The translations under genes and the position numbers were made by a program. Below the pieces are notes generated by a model, which ran no database searches, had not been told where the DNA came from, and worked only from the letters and a program-made list of their open reading frames with translations. From an uncultured Gammaproteobacteria bacterium (GTDB taxonomy: Bacteria; Patescibacteriota; Patescibacteriia; Buchananbacterales; UBA6539), in assembly GCA_964540635.1 (NCBI GenBank), contig CAZINP010000004.1, forward strand, positions 55,306 through 119,305: a DNA stretch of 64,000 nt, written 5' to 3'. Positions 38,663 through 50,400 of the stretch are shown here, in pieces (the stretch's first letter is position 1; every line of letters begins with the position of its first letter).

Positions 38663-39214
38663 ATGCTGATTCTTGGCAAAAATGACATCAAAAAAGCTGC
38701 AGCGATTATTCGTTGCAAGGGTGTGATTGTTTATCCAACTGATACCGCCTATGCTTTGGGCGGGTTTTTTGATTCTCCGGCAGTAATTAAAAAGATTATG
38801 AAAATTAAAGGGCGCAAAGACAATAAATTTACCTTGGTCGCCTCAAGTTTGAATCAAGTCCAAAAATATTTTAGACTAAACGCCATGGAAAAAAGGTTGG
38901 CAAAAAAATATTGGCCGGGGCCTTTGTCTTTGGCGATTAACGCAAAATTTGCCGTTAGAGTGCCAAACAATAAATTAGCTTTAGATTTAGCTAAAAAAGC
39001 TGGTCGGCCATTGATTGCTACATCAGCCAATTTAACCGGCAATAAGACAATTTATTCTTCTGGTGAAGTAATTAAAGAATTTAAAAATAAAAAATACCAG
39101 CCGGATTTAATTATTGATGTTGGCAGATTAAAAAAAATAAAAACCTCAACTATTGTTAAGGCAAAAAATGGAAAGATGGATTTAGTTAGGGCTGGCGCAA
39201 TCAAGGTAGGCTAA
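38663..39214 (+). CDS. tsaC: L-threonylcarbamoyladenylate synthase (TsaC/YrdC)
   Basis: Motifs YPTDTAYALG and ATSANLTG are present. Confidence 0.8.
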   Translation: MLILGKNDIKKAAAIIRCKGVIVYPTDTAYALGGFFDSPAVIKKIMKIKGRKDNKFTLVASSLNQVQKYFRLNAMEKRLAKKYWPGPLSLAINAKFAVRVPNNKLALDLAKKAGRPLIATSANLTGNKTIYSSGEVIKEFKNKKYQPDLIIDVGRLKKIKTSTIVKAKNGKMDLVRAGAIKVG

Positions 39215-39639
39215 CGATTGCAGCCGAAGTTTAATAGAATGTGTGGTCCAAAGCCGATAATTTTTCCCAGACAAAAGTTGCCGGCCTTGAATATCCCGTT
39301 TTTTGGTGGTTTGGGATTGTATAGACACAAAGCCGCCCCCTGATAAAGTGGATTAACGCTCCCACCTTTAATTTTTACGGCTCGAACTTCGTAAAGGCTG
39401 GCACATGTGCCATTAAGCGAACCGCAAACCGGACAAGTGCTTAGGCAGGTTCCCGGCGGCGGGTCTCCCGGATCAAGAGTGCATTTAATCGGCATGCTCA
39501 TAATTCTTAACCCCGTATCGGTGCCGGAAACAGCCTTGGCCGATATTGCCCAGGCTGCTAATAAAGCTACGACAAAAAGCGCTAAAATCGCAATAACGAT
39601 ATTAACTTTCTTTTTTAAAATTAAATCGGGAAAAATCAT
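39211..39639 (-). CDS. Membrane-anchored Cys-rich secreted hypothetical protein
   Basis: An N-terminal TM/signal anchor is followed by 12 Cys in 100 aa. Confidence 0.4.
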   Translation of the reverse strand: MIFPDLILKKKVNIVIAILALFVVALLAAWAISAKAVSGTDTGLRIMSMPIKCTLDPGDPPPGTCLSTCPVCGSLNGTCASLYEVRAVKIKGGSVNPLYQGAALCLYNPKPPKNGIFKAGNFCLGKIIGFGPHILLNFGCNR

Positions 39640-39659
39640 AAACTTATTATATCATATTT

Positions 39660-40508
39660 ATGAATATTATAGAACAAATTAAAAAAATATCTCAGACCTA
39701 CGATATAAAACCCTCAAGATCAAAGGGTCAAAATTTTTTAGTTAATTCCGAGATTATTGATACCATTGTTTCGGCTGCGGGGATTGAAAATGACGATACA
39801 ATTTTAGAGGTTGGTCCGGGACTTGGAATTTTAACAGAAGGTTTGATAAAAAAAGCCAAACGAATTGTCGCTGTTGAGTTGGACGAAAAAATATTTGATT
39901 TTTTGAAAGCTAAATTTGCCGGAGAAAAAAAATTAGAGTTGGCAAGGGGAGACATTCTTAAATCTTTTGCCGGCGATCTAGTTTCAGGGCCGTACAAGGT
40001 GGTGGCCAACATTCCTTATAACATTACTTCCATTCTGATAAAAAAGTTTTTAACTGAAAAAGATAAGCCATCGTCAATGGTCTTATTGGTTCAAAAGGAG
40101 GTTGCCCAAAGAATTTGCGCCCAACCGGGTCAGATGAGCCTTTTGGCAATTTCAGTAAAATTGTATGGACAGCCAAAAATTATAGATTATGTCAGCAAAG
40201 ATAATTTTTGGCCAAAACCCGAGGTGGATTCGGCAATTATAAAAATTGAAGCAATCAAAACAAATAAGAAAATTATTGATTTTTTAGCTGAGATAAGCGA
40301 AAATAATTATTGGCGGTTGGTTAAAGTTGGTTTTTCTTCAAAAAGAAAGCAATTGCAGCACAATTTATCTGCCGGCTTTAAGATAACCCAAGATGAGGCT
40401 AAGAATTGGCTTTCCGGCGCCGGTTTTGACCCAAAAATTAGAGCGCAAAACTTGTCGGTTGATGATTGGTTGGTTCTTGCTAAAAACGGAAAAAAATATT
40501 TTAAATAA
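39660..40508 (+). CDS. rsmA: 16S rRNA (adenine1518/1519-N6)-dimethyltransferase
   Basis: Motifs KGQNFLVN and LEVGPGLGILT are present. Confidence 0.85.
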   Translation: MNIIEQIKKISQTYDIKPSRSKGQNFLVNSEIIDTIVSAAGIENDDTILEVGPGLGILTEGLIKKAKRIVAVELDEKIFDFLKAKFAGEKKLELARGDILKSFAGDLVSGPYKVVANIPYNITSILIKKFLTEKDKPSSMVLLVQKEVAQRICAQPGQMSLLAISVKLYGQPKIIDYVSKDNFWPKPEVDSAIIKIEAIKTNKKIIDFLAEISENNYWRLVKVGFSSKRKQLQHNLSAGFKITQDEAKNWLSGAGFDPKIRAQNLSVDDWLVLAKNGKKYFK

Positions 40509-40523
40509 AATTATCAAAAGCCC

Positions 40524-40553
40524 TTGTCAAGATATAAGCATTTCTGATATAAT
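40524..40553 (+). promoter_or_regulatory. Sigma70-like promoter TTGTCA-18-TATAAT ahead of the giant-protein operon
   Basis: Boxes are read directly. Confidence 0.5.
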
Positions 40554-40625
40554 ATACCTAAGTTGATAATTAGCATTTTTAGGAAATAAAAAGGAGAAAT
40601 TTCCATACTATTATTTTTTAATAAA

Positions 40626-41459
40626 ATGGCTTTTGAAGGAAGAAAAAAAGATAATCGCACCATTTTAGAGGATATATATCATGAGGATATATCTGCCAAA
40701 TCGGCAAAAATCCAAATTAAGGAATATTTCAGTGATCCAAATAGAATTGAAAAATTGCTTTCGGCAAGTATTTTGTTTGTCGGCCTAGTTGCGTTGCTTC
40801 TAGGTCTTTTTCAGATAAAAAATAACATTTCGCCGGTAAAAAGGATTGCTCAAAAAACCAATGTCAATCAGGTTGATAACGAAGACTTGCTCGGTCTGAA
40901 GCAAAAAGATACGGATCAAGACGGGTTATCCGATTATGATGAGCTTAAAGTTTATAAAACCAGCCCCTATATTGCCGATACTGACTCCGATGGTTTTGAC
41001 GATAAAATTGAAATCGTTCAGGGGACTGATCCGGTTTGTCCGGAGGGTCAAAATTGTTTTGCCAACTGGACGGAAAATCCGCTAACCAACCCCAATGATC
41101 AGTCAAGTCAGGATCAGGCGCAAAATTTATCAGCGGATCAATTACGAGAAATGTTAATTCAGGCCGGCATGAGCGAGGAACAGTTGAGTCTTTTAAGTGA
41201 TGAAGAAATAGTGAATGCGTACCAACAAATTGCCGGCCAGCAAAGCACGCAAACAATTTCTGGTTCAAACGATTCTGGTCAATCAGCTTCGCTGACCCTG
41301 CCTTTACAGGAATTAAAAAATTTAACTCCAAATGAAATTAGGGAATTATTGGCCGAGAATACCGATATTACCGCCGAAACCCTTGCCAGTATTTCTGATG
41401 AAGAATTAATGAATTTAGTTAATGAAACCTTAGCTAACTATAAAGTCAATGGAAACTGA
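40626..41459 (+). CDS. Membrane-anchored protein with thrombospondin type-3-like calcium-binding repeats
   Basis: One TM helix is present. DTDQDGLSDYDE and DTDSDGFDD are DxDxDGxxDxxD repeats. It overlaps the start of the giant gene by 11 nt. Confidence 0.5.
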   Translation: MAFEGRKKDNRTILEDIYHEDISAKSAKIQIKEYFSDPNRIEKLLSASILFVGLVALLLGLFQIKNNISPVKRIAQKTNVNQVDNEDLLGLKQKDTDQDGLSDYDELKVYKTSPYIADTDSDGFDDKIEIVQGTDPVCPEGQNCFANWTENPLTNPNDQSSQDQAQNLSADQLREMLIQAGMSEEQLSLLSDEEIVNAYQQIAGQQSTQTISGSNDSGQSASLTLPLQELKNLTPNEIRELLAENTDITAETLASISDEELMNLVNETLANYKVNGN

Positions 41460-44400
41460 AAATAAAAATCAAATTGATAAAATGGAATTTGGATTTTATA
41501 AAAAATCAATTACTACCACTGTTTTAATCAGCATGGTTTTTTCGGTTGTTATGCCGGCCCTGCTTTTCCCGCTTGATCCGGTTTTGGCTGACAATAAGAT
41601 GAGTCCTTTGCCCGCAACTCAGCCCGGTTCGGCAGCTGCCGGGGCGGTACCTCAGCCAAAATTGAACAGCGAGACCATCAACGAGGCAAATAGGGCTGAA
41701 TCGGTAAAGGTTTATGACTCCAGCCTAATCAGCAAGGTTCGCGAAACAAATACAATTACTTCTTCATTTAAAAAGGGCGTTGAAGTAATTGCCGATACTT
41801 TTAATACCAGAGATTGGAGTTGGGAGAGCTTGAAGGATGCAGTTTATGTGGCCTCCAAGGAAGCTTTAAATTATTTATTGAATACTTTTGCTTACGATGT
41901 AGCCACCTGGTTGGCGTCTGGCGACAAGGGTCAGCAGCCGATGTTTTTTACTGACGGCTGGGGTCCATATTTGACCAATGTTTTAGATGAAGCCGGCGGT
42001 GTCTTTTTGGAGTCATTGGGTCAAGATTGGGGCAATTTCAATTTATGTAATCCGACTGTTTTTAATTTGAAAGTCAGCATCGGTTTGGGTATTGCTGAAA
42101 TGGACAAACCAAAGAAGCCATCATGCACTATTACGCAAATGGTAAACAATTGGGATAAGATGATCAGTGATGGCAGGATTTTAGACAATATTGATTTGAT
42201 GTTTGATTCCAAGAATAATGATTTTGGCATTACCCTGGATATTTTAGGTCGTCACGCGGAGTACAAAACGCAAGCGGCTTTGAATGCAACCAAAGATAGA
42301 GAAGAGGGTCAAGGTGCCAAGAGTGTGAGCGGAAAAATAGCTGATAAAATATTTACTCCCGCCTTTTTGGTCAGGGATGAGGCTCAATTAATGTTGGCCA
42401 AGGGTACAGTGGCAGACGAACAGGTCAATTACGGTGATATTTTCATGAATGCGGTTAGTAATTTTATTAATACTTTAGCCGGTAAGCTTTTAGATAGAAT
42501 ATTTAAAGAAGGTTTGGCGGCTTTGAGCGGCAGTAATAGTAGTAATAAAGATAGTGATAACAGCGATTTATTTGACGCCCTAAGGACAGGTGAAGAAATC
42601 GGCCGTAATCTTTATAATTTGTTAACAAATCAAGACGATGAGCTCTACACCGGCCAAACAGGCACAACCTTGTTTGCCGGCAAGCAAGCTTCTCAGGAAA
42701 GATATAGCGGTCTTCTACGTGCGGGTGTTAAAGAAACCGGACCATATGATGTCCTGACGAAATTTGTGGTCTGCCAGGATCCAAAGAACCCGGGCGTTGA
42801 TGAGTGTGTGATTGATCAAAAATTCCGATCGGCAATCTCTAAAAAAATTACTTTGCGTCAAGCCATCTCCGAAGGCCTGATTAATGGCGATGCCCCGTTT
42901 GGTTATAAAGCGGCAACCATTAAAGAGGGCATACCGTACAGAACCATCGTTATTTTACGCGCGCATCGTATTGTTCCAATCGGTTGGGAGTTGGCCGCCA
43001 GAGTGGCCAACGAGTTTGTGCCCCAAGAAACCTGGACTCTAAATAAGTTAATTGAAAATTATAATGTTTTAGGTAGTCCGTTTAAGGGTTTGGTTGATCC
43101 GAACTGGGTTTTGGAAGTGCCTTTGCATTATTGTAAGGCTCAGGGTTATGGCGCCAAGATTCTGTCTGACAAAATTGTGGCCGGAACTGATGCCAATAAT
43201 GACGGCGATTATGATGACGCGAGTGATTTGGCGCCGGGTCGAACCGTTTCCAGAGAACAGTATTGTGCTGACTTCCAGACCTGCATTCAGAAGAGTAGCG
43301 ATGGCGGCTGTTTATATTACGGCTATTGTACTGAAGAAAAACCGATTTGGGATTTGGATGGCAAAGAATGTAAATCACAATTTAACACTTGTTTAACCTT
43401 TCAAAAGGCCGGCGATAAAGTTGTCAGCTATTTGGAAAACACTTTGAATTATAATAATTGTAGTAAAGAAAACGCCGGATGTCAGTGGTATTGCAATGAA
43501 TTTAATACAATAAATAACATTTGGTCTTGTACGGCAGAAAGTGAAAAGGTGTTAAAGACTTGCAGTCAGACTAGTCGCGACGGCCAGGGTGTTGTCGGCT
43601 GCATTACAAATGCCAGCTGTGAAATGAATACCGGCGATACGGTTTGTAATGATTTGGTCAGCGGTATTAAGATGGTAATTTCTCAGCCTTGCAGCAATAC
43701 GACTAAGTGGTGGAATGCCGCCACTAATAAATGTACGGTTTCAGCTTCTTGTACAATTCCAAAAGGTGGCGTTTATTGCCAGGTTGGCGGTTGCGAAAAT
43801 CTGGAAAATTTATTGCCCAACCCGAGCTTTGAAACAGCTTCAACCACTTATGACGTGCCTTCGCCGGCTCTTGGCTGGTATGCCGATACGAATTACTTCA
43901 AGAAGGTTGGCAGCGCTCTGGATTATATTTATCGCGGCAAATCAAGTTTAAGATTTTATAATGCCGGCACCCTTGTCAGTGAGAATGCAATTTCCGGCAA
44001 CGTTTTACTCAAGACGGGAAGCTACACTTTATCCGGTTATATATTTAATAATTTGAATGTTGGTGAGATAAAGATTGCCGCTATTAATGCGGCCGGCAGC
44101 GAGATTAAATCCATTGCCTTGTCTACTGAGGGAAAACAGACTTGGTATCAGGCCAGTTTTGATTTTAGCGTTACGGCCGATACCCAGGTCAGAGTTAAAA
44201 TAAATGTTACCGATCCAAATGGCAACCAAGTGAGCGGTTCGGCCTGGTTTGATAATTTTAGAATTTCCCAAAGCTGTATTACCAACCCAATTACTTTAAC
44301 CATGGTTGGCGATGTTGAAAAGTCAGAAAGTAAGATTAATTTTGATCGCGATGTTAAAACTTGCCCTTCGGATGCGGCCGGTTGTACGGAATTTATTAGC

Positions 44401-47400
44401 CTTCAGCCAAATGGCAGCGTGAATTTGGTGCGAAACGCCAGTTTTGAGGACTGGTTAGATGGTACGCCTTTACCAAAGGGCTGGCGTTACGGTGAGCATT
44501 GGTCTGATAGCAATAATGAGATTTCAAGGTACACGCCCGGTGTTTTGGGTAGCAATGCTTTATTGATAAAGAATGGTTCAGATAATCATTATCGTGATTT
44601 CTCGACCGATCCGATTGTGGGCATGAAACCGAATACTTCTTATCGCGTTTCTTTCTATGTTAAAACCGATGATTCAGTGCCGGGTCAGAATTGGTATGCC
44701 GAAATTATTTCAGATAATAACCCCGATTATTATTGCGCTCAAAAGACAAGTCAAAATTGCGCCTCTGTTGCTTGTGATGCCGGCGACACTTGCATAAGCG
44801 ATTGGACGCCAATAGATGTGGGGGGCAGGCAAAAGTTTACTTTGACCAATAATTGGCGCCGAATCGTTTTTGATGTAATAACGACCAGATCGCTTGGTTA
44901 TGATTTCAAATTAAGTTTTGATAATGCGTTAGATGAAAATTCAACCATAATTATTGATGGTGTTCAAATTGAAGAGGTTGACACCAGAAACCCGATTGCT
45001 TCCGAATTTAGAAATTACGGCACTTCCAATTTATTTAATATTAAAAAAGCGCCGGATAATTTATCTTGTCGCGGTTACACCAAAACCAGACCAAGCCCAT
45101 ATGTTCTGCCGGGTGTTGGTTACGAACAGTGTGTGGGCGATACTTTGGTTTGGCGCAAATTCTGCGATGGCGGTGAAAATGCCGGCCAGCCTTGCGGCGG
45201 CACGGCTGATTGTCCCGGTGCCGAATGCCGGCCGGACAGCTGCAGTTCTGTTAATCCAAATGAATGTTGCCATGAAATTGACGCGCCAATTTGCTCTAAT
45301 TATTCAATGCTTTGCCAAGAAGACGAAGTCGGTTGTCAGTTATTTACGCCGGTTGGCCAAAGCGGTGCCGGCACCAAACTCTCGGCAGTTGCCCAGTTGA
45401 CTGATTATTGTCCGGCCGAATGTGTTGGCTATGAAGCCTTTTATCAGTCCGCTACGTTTTTGGAAAGACAACAAACTTTGGAATATTTTATTCCTAAAAC
45501 CGCCAAATCTTGTCCGGCCTCAGCCGTTGGTTGTGATGAATTTACCAATCTGGACGAAGTGGCCAAGGGCGGTGAGGGCAAAGAGTATTATCAGTATTTG
45601 CGTTTATGCCAAAAACCAACCGAACCGGCGGCTAATTGCACCTCGTTCTATGCTTGGCAGGGGAGCGATGAGGCTGGTTATCAATTAAAATCTTATTTGC
45701 TTAAAGCTGACACTAATAATACACCGGCTCGAGCAATTACCGATTTATCATTATTGCCTGATGCGTGGTGTTCTGACAAAACCCTTGATGCCACCGGCTT
45801 GCCCGAGTGTTGCAATGGTCCGGAAGATATAATTACCAATCCTTTCTGTAAAGAATTGATTGGTGCTGACAGTCAAATTAGTTATAGAATTTATTTGAAT
45901 ACTATCAGCTGTTCAAACGATTGCCATCCCTATCGCAAAACAGTTTACGGTGGCAGCACGGCTGACAATCAAACAAATTGCACCCAGACTAGCGGCAATT
46001 GGGATAGTAACTTAAATGCTTGTATTTACCAGGCTATTCCGAACGAAGGCTTAAAGTGCTCGTCGGCCAATGCCGGTTGCCGTGAATACCGTGGCAATAC
46101 CGCCGGCAATGTTTATATTGCTTTGAGCGATACCTTTGAAACCGGCACAACTGTTAATTGGTCTAATGGTGTTATATCCAGCGAAGCCCTTTCGGTTGGT
46201 GGTCACTCAATTAGATCTTATAGCAATAATTTGGAAACGATTATTAATGACCTAGGTTCTGTTTGCAACAAGGACAGCGCCACCTATGATTCGCAGTCAA
46301 ACCGCTGCACGACAACAACGGGTGATTGCAGCGTAGCAATTGGCCAGCGATATTGTGGCGTTATTGGCTCAAGTTTAACAGCCGGTAAGATGTATATTAT
46401 TGGTTTCTGGGCCAAAACTTCCAGCGATATTAGAAATTTGGATCTTAAGCTTAAGACCGCCGGCATAAGCGACAATACTCTTGGCAGTGTTTCTATCAAT
46501 AACGATTGGGCTTATTACTTGATTGGCCCGGTAACATATGACCAAACCAAAGACATTAACCTTTCGTCTAGATTAAATTTCTCTTCCGATGGTGATTTCT
46601 ATCTTGATAATTTAATCGTTAAAGAAGTTAATAATTTTGTTTACGCGATTAAGGGCTCCTGGAATACGCCGGCTTCTTGTGATACCAATCCGTTTTTGGC
46701 CGAACCGATTTTTGCGCCTCAATTTATGCTTGGCTGCAAACAGTATTTGGATTCGGATAATTTATACCATAATCTTAAATCGTTCTCCAATCTCTGCCGA
46801 GAAGAAGCCGTTGGTTGCCAGGCAATGATTGATACTTATAATTCAACATCACCTTTTGAGGTGAAAGCGCCGTTTGAAGATAAGCTTTCAACCGTTACCG
46901 TGCCGGAAGACAAACTGACCTATATTGTTAATAGAGCTGATGTCAGATGCAACGCTCAATATCAGGGCTGTCAGGCTTTTGGCGTGCCGACGATTTCATA
47001 TGATAGCTTGAGTAAGCCCGTTGTTACCGGCTACTCTCAGGCCTATTTAATTAACGATCCGGACGCTTACAACTCAATACTTTGTGCTCGAGGTGAAAAC
47101 GGTTGTGATGAGTATCAATCAGCCAACGGTTATTCATACTTTAAGGACCCGGGTACCCAGACTTGTGAGTGGAAATTGATCCCGAATAAAAATAAATACG
47201 GCTGGTTCAGAACCGATATGTCAAGTGATACGCCGAATTGTCCAATGGTAAATCCGCCGGTCGGGCAAGCGCATCCGGACGGCAGCAAGGGTTTTGTCGG
47301 TTTGTGTCCGGCCGATCAAAACACCTGCACGCTATTTATTGATCCGATTAGCGATATCAGTAAAAATCAAATTTTTAATTCTGATTTTTATGCCGACGTT

Positions 47401-50400
47401 GACAATGACAAAACACCCGATGGTTGGATAAAATCCGGCAGCACGGTTTACCAGAAAGTATCATTGTCTCATGACACCTTATATACTTTTTCGGTAGAGG
47501 TTGCTGACAAGACAAGCGTTGGCGGTTTGAGTGTAGTATTAACCAACTGTCTCGGTTTGAGATCGTTTGATAATTCAATGGTAATTTCCGGTTCAACCGC
47601 TCAAATCCCAATGGATTATATAGTTGGTGATACAAGAGAAATCAATAATTTAAATAATAACCGTGCTTATTCAGCCAGAATTTACTCGCCTGCTGATATG
47701 ACTTGTCGGCTGGAAATCAGTGGCTTAGACGGAACTAATCCAAAGTCAGATCTAAACAGTAAATTAAGCAAGGTTGCTTTTAGAGAAACCGGTCAGTATT
47801 ACACCCTGGCCAATACGGTTGATACTCTTACTTGCAACGGCGTGGTCAATCCCAATAACGGCTGTGTTTTGTTTAACGACAGAAGTTATGTTAATTATCA
47901 TCTGGGTGAAAATGATATTAGTTATTTGTCTTTCGATGCGGATGCTTCCGGTGTTGATGATAGGGGGCAGCCAATTAATAATGGCTTAGCTGTTAGTAAT
48001 CTTGGCCGAATGCCTGGTGATTCTAATTCGGTTCTAAAGGTTATACCCGATAGAACTTGTGCCACCTGGTTGGCTTGTACCGGTTCGGTTTCGGAAACTG
48101 ACGAAAAAAATGCTGACAAGAAATATTGTACTGATTTGGGTTTATGCGATCAGGCTGATGAAAACGGCAATTGCACAAATTTTGTTGTCACCAAAGAGGG
48201 CAACGATCGTCAAACTTATTTTGATCGCGAGTTAATAAAGAATTATAGCGGTTTTGCGCAGTCCGGTTTGGCTTTTGAAAGCGTGGCCGCTTCCTTGCCG
48301 GGTAATTTCTTGCCGGCTGAAATGCAGCAAGTTGGTGGAATCGCTTTCTCGCCCAGTACCAATTTTGAAACAATTACGGCCGGCGATTTTAGGCCTTATG
48401 GTTGGAATTTGGATTGTCCGCAAACAACAAATCCTCCGGTTAAAAATTTCTTAAAAACGGAATGGAAGCGCGAATATGCTCAAGTAATTACCAATCCGGT
48501 TTCAGCTCAACAAGAGGGACTTTCTTCGGCTGCTCCCGAAGGTACGGCATTTGTTAAACTGACCGGCCCATATGTTATTAGTTCAGAAAAAATTGATGTT
48601 AACGGCAATACCAAATATACAGTTTCTGCTTATATCAATACAGAAAAATTGATAACCGGGCAGGCTAGAATTGTAATTGAAGAATATGATCTATCAAGCT
48701 CAGTGCCAATTAAAACAATTGGACTTTCTGGTCCTCAACTGGAACAGTTAAGGCTTGACTCTTCGCAGAAGTGGACCTTTAAAATTGCCGAATTTATAAC
48801 AGAAACAGGAGCTTCAAGCATTAAGATTAAGTTGATGAATTTTAATGAGAAAAGCGATCGATTTAGAAACCCTTGTACCAACACTGAAGGTCGTATTCAT
48901 GAAATTTTAGGCAGTTCTTATTTTGATGATATTAAGGTTAAACCAAGTTTGGAAGTTTCAAGAGATTCAAATGGCAGTATTTTTGTGCCGCCGACTTGCC
49001 GCGTGTATCCGGAAAGCGACTCATTGTCTTGTGATTATTACAGTGATAAGGGTTATCATTTCCGCGGTTGGCTTGGATATTGCCTTGAGCCCGATCCGGC
49101 CAATTCAGCTCAATGTTTGATGTGGTGGCCGGTTGAGTTGATTCAGGGCGGATTTATCAGCGAAGAACCGTCAGTGGCTCAGCGCCCATTGTATTATTGC
49201 TTGGGTGCCAAGGAAAGCCATTATCGCTATCGCCAATGCGTTTTTGAAGACGGTGAAATGTGCGCCTCGCTCAAGCGACCGTCTTCAGACAAATCGGCCA
49301 GAACCAGAAATATTGAGTGGACCGTACCCGGTTCTTGGCGGGTTCAAAGTTGGCAGGTTGAGGGTTTGAGTGTAGCCTCATCAATCAGTGATTGTGGCGC
49401 CTCTGATCAATGTGGTATAAATTTTGGATTATTTAAACTGATTAAAAATCCAACCATTCCTAATAGTTATTTCGGTTCAGGCATTAGTGCTGATTTGGTT
49501 TATGATAGCGATGGACTGTTGGAAAAAATTAAATTTGAAATAGTCGGCCCGAATTGTTTGTGTGCGGATATGGATGTGGTTTTACAAGTTGTCAGTTCGT
49601 GGTGCCAATATGTGGCTCAGACCATTACCCCTTATGGACAAAACAAGGCTTGGTGGGAAAGAGTATCTAATAACTCCGGTCAGCTTTTTGCCGTGCCCGG
49701 CGTTGGTTATACCAATCTATTTGATTATCCGCCATTTGGTGCTTTGGTGCCGCCTTATCCGGTTGATAATCCGGCTGTTTGGGATTTGAGATCGTCTGGG
49801 GACACTTATTTTGCTCCTCTTAGGGTTGAAGAACCGCAAACCGGAAATTTTGCCGATCCGTACCAGGCTAGAGCCGGCTTACCTTATGCTTGTTCACAGC
49901 TTTCAGCCGCATTTGGCGATACTAGTTGTACCTTGCCGACGCTTAATCGTGCGACCAGCAGTTCAATTGTTTATAATAAAGATGTTGCTCAGGCTCAAGA
50001 TTCTTTGAAACGTATTTTTGCCAAGAGCTACGAAACTTATCAGTTTCAGGGTGACGGTGTTTGCAAGACCAGTTCCGATCAAGTGGGCGGCAAAGAGTGT
50101 GCTTGTCCGGAAAGCACTTGTGGTTTGGAAGCCAATGTAACCTTTAATACTTGTAAGAATACCGGCGCGGTTTGTGAGGTTGGACAATTTGCCTGTATGG
50201 ATATTTCCGATATCGGTCAAACATTAATTATGTTTATTGTTGAAAGCGGATATACAAGTGGACCCAATATTGTTGCCATGATTGTTGGCGCGGTGGTTCA
50301 GGTGGTATTGGAATTTTTAACCGCTTGCTCACCAAAACCTTGCGACTCAACTTGTGATGCCGGGGAAGGTCAGTGTATTCCGTTGCCGCAATATTTAACT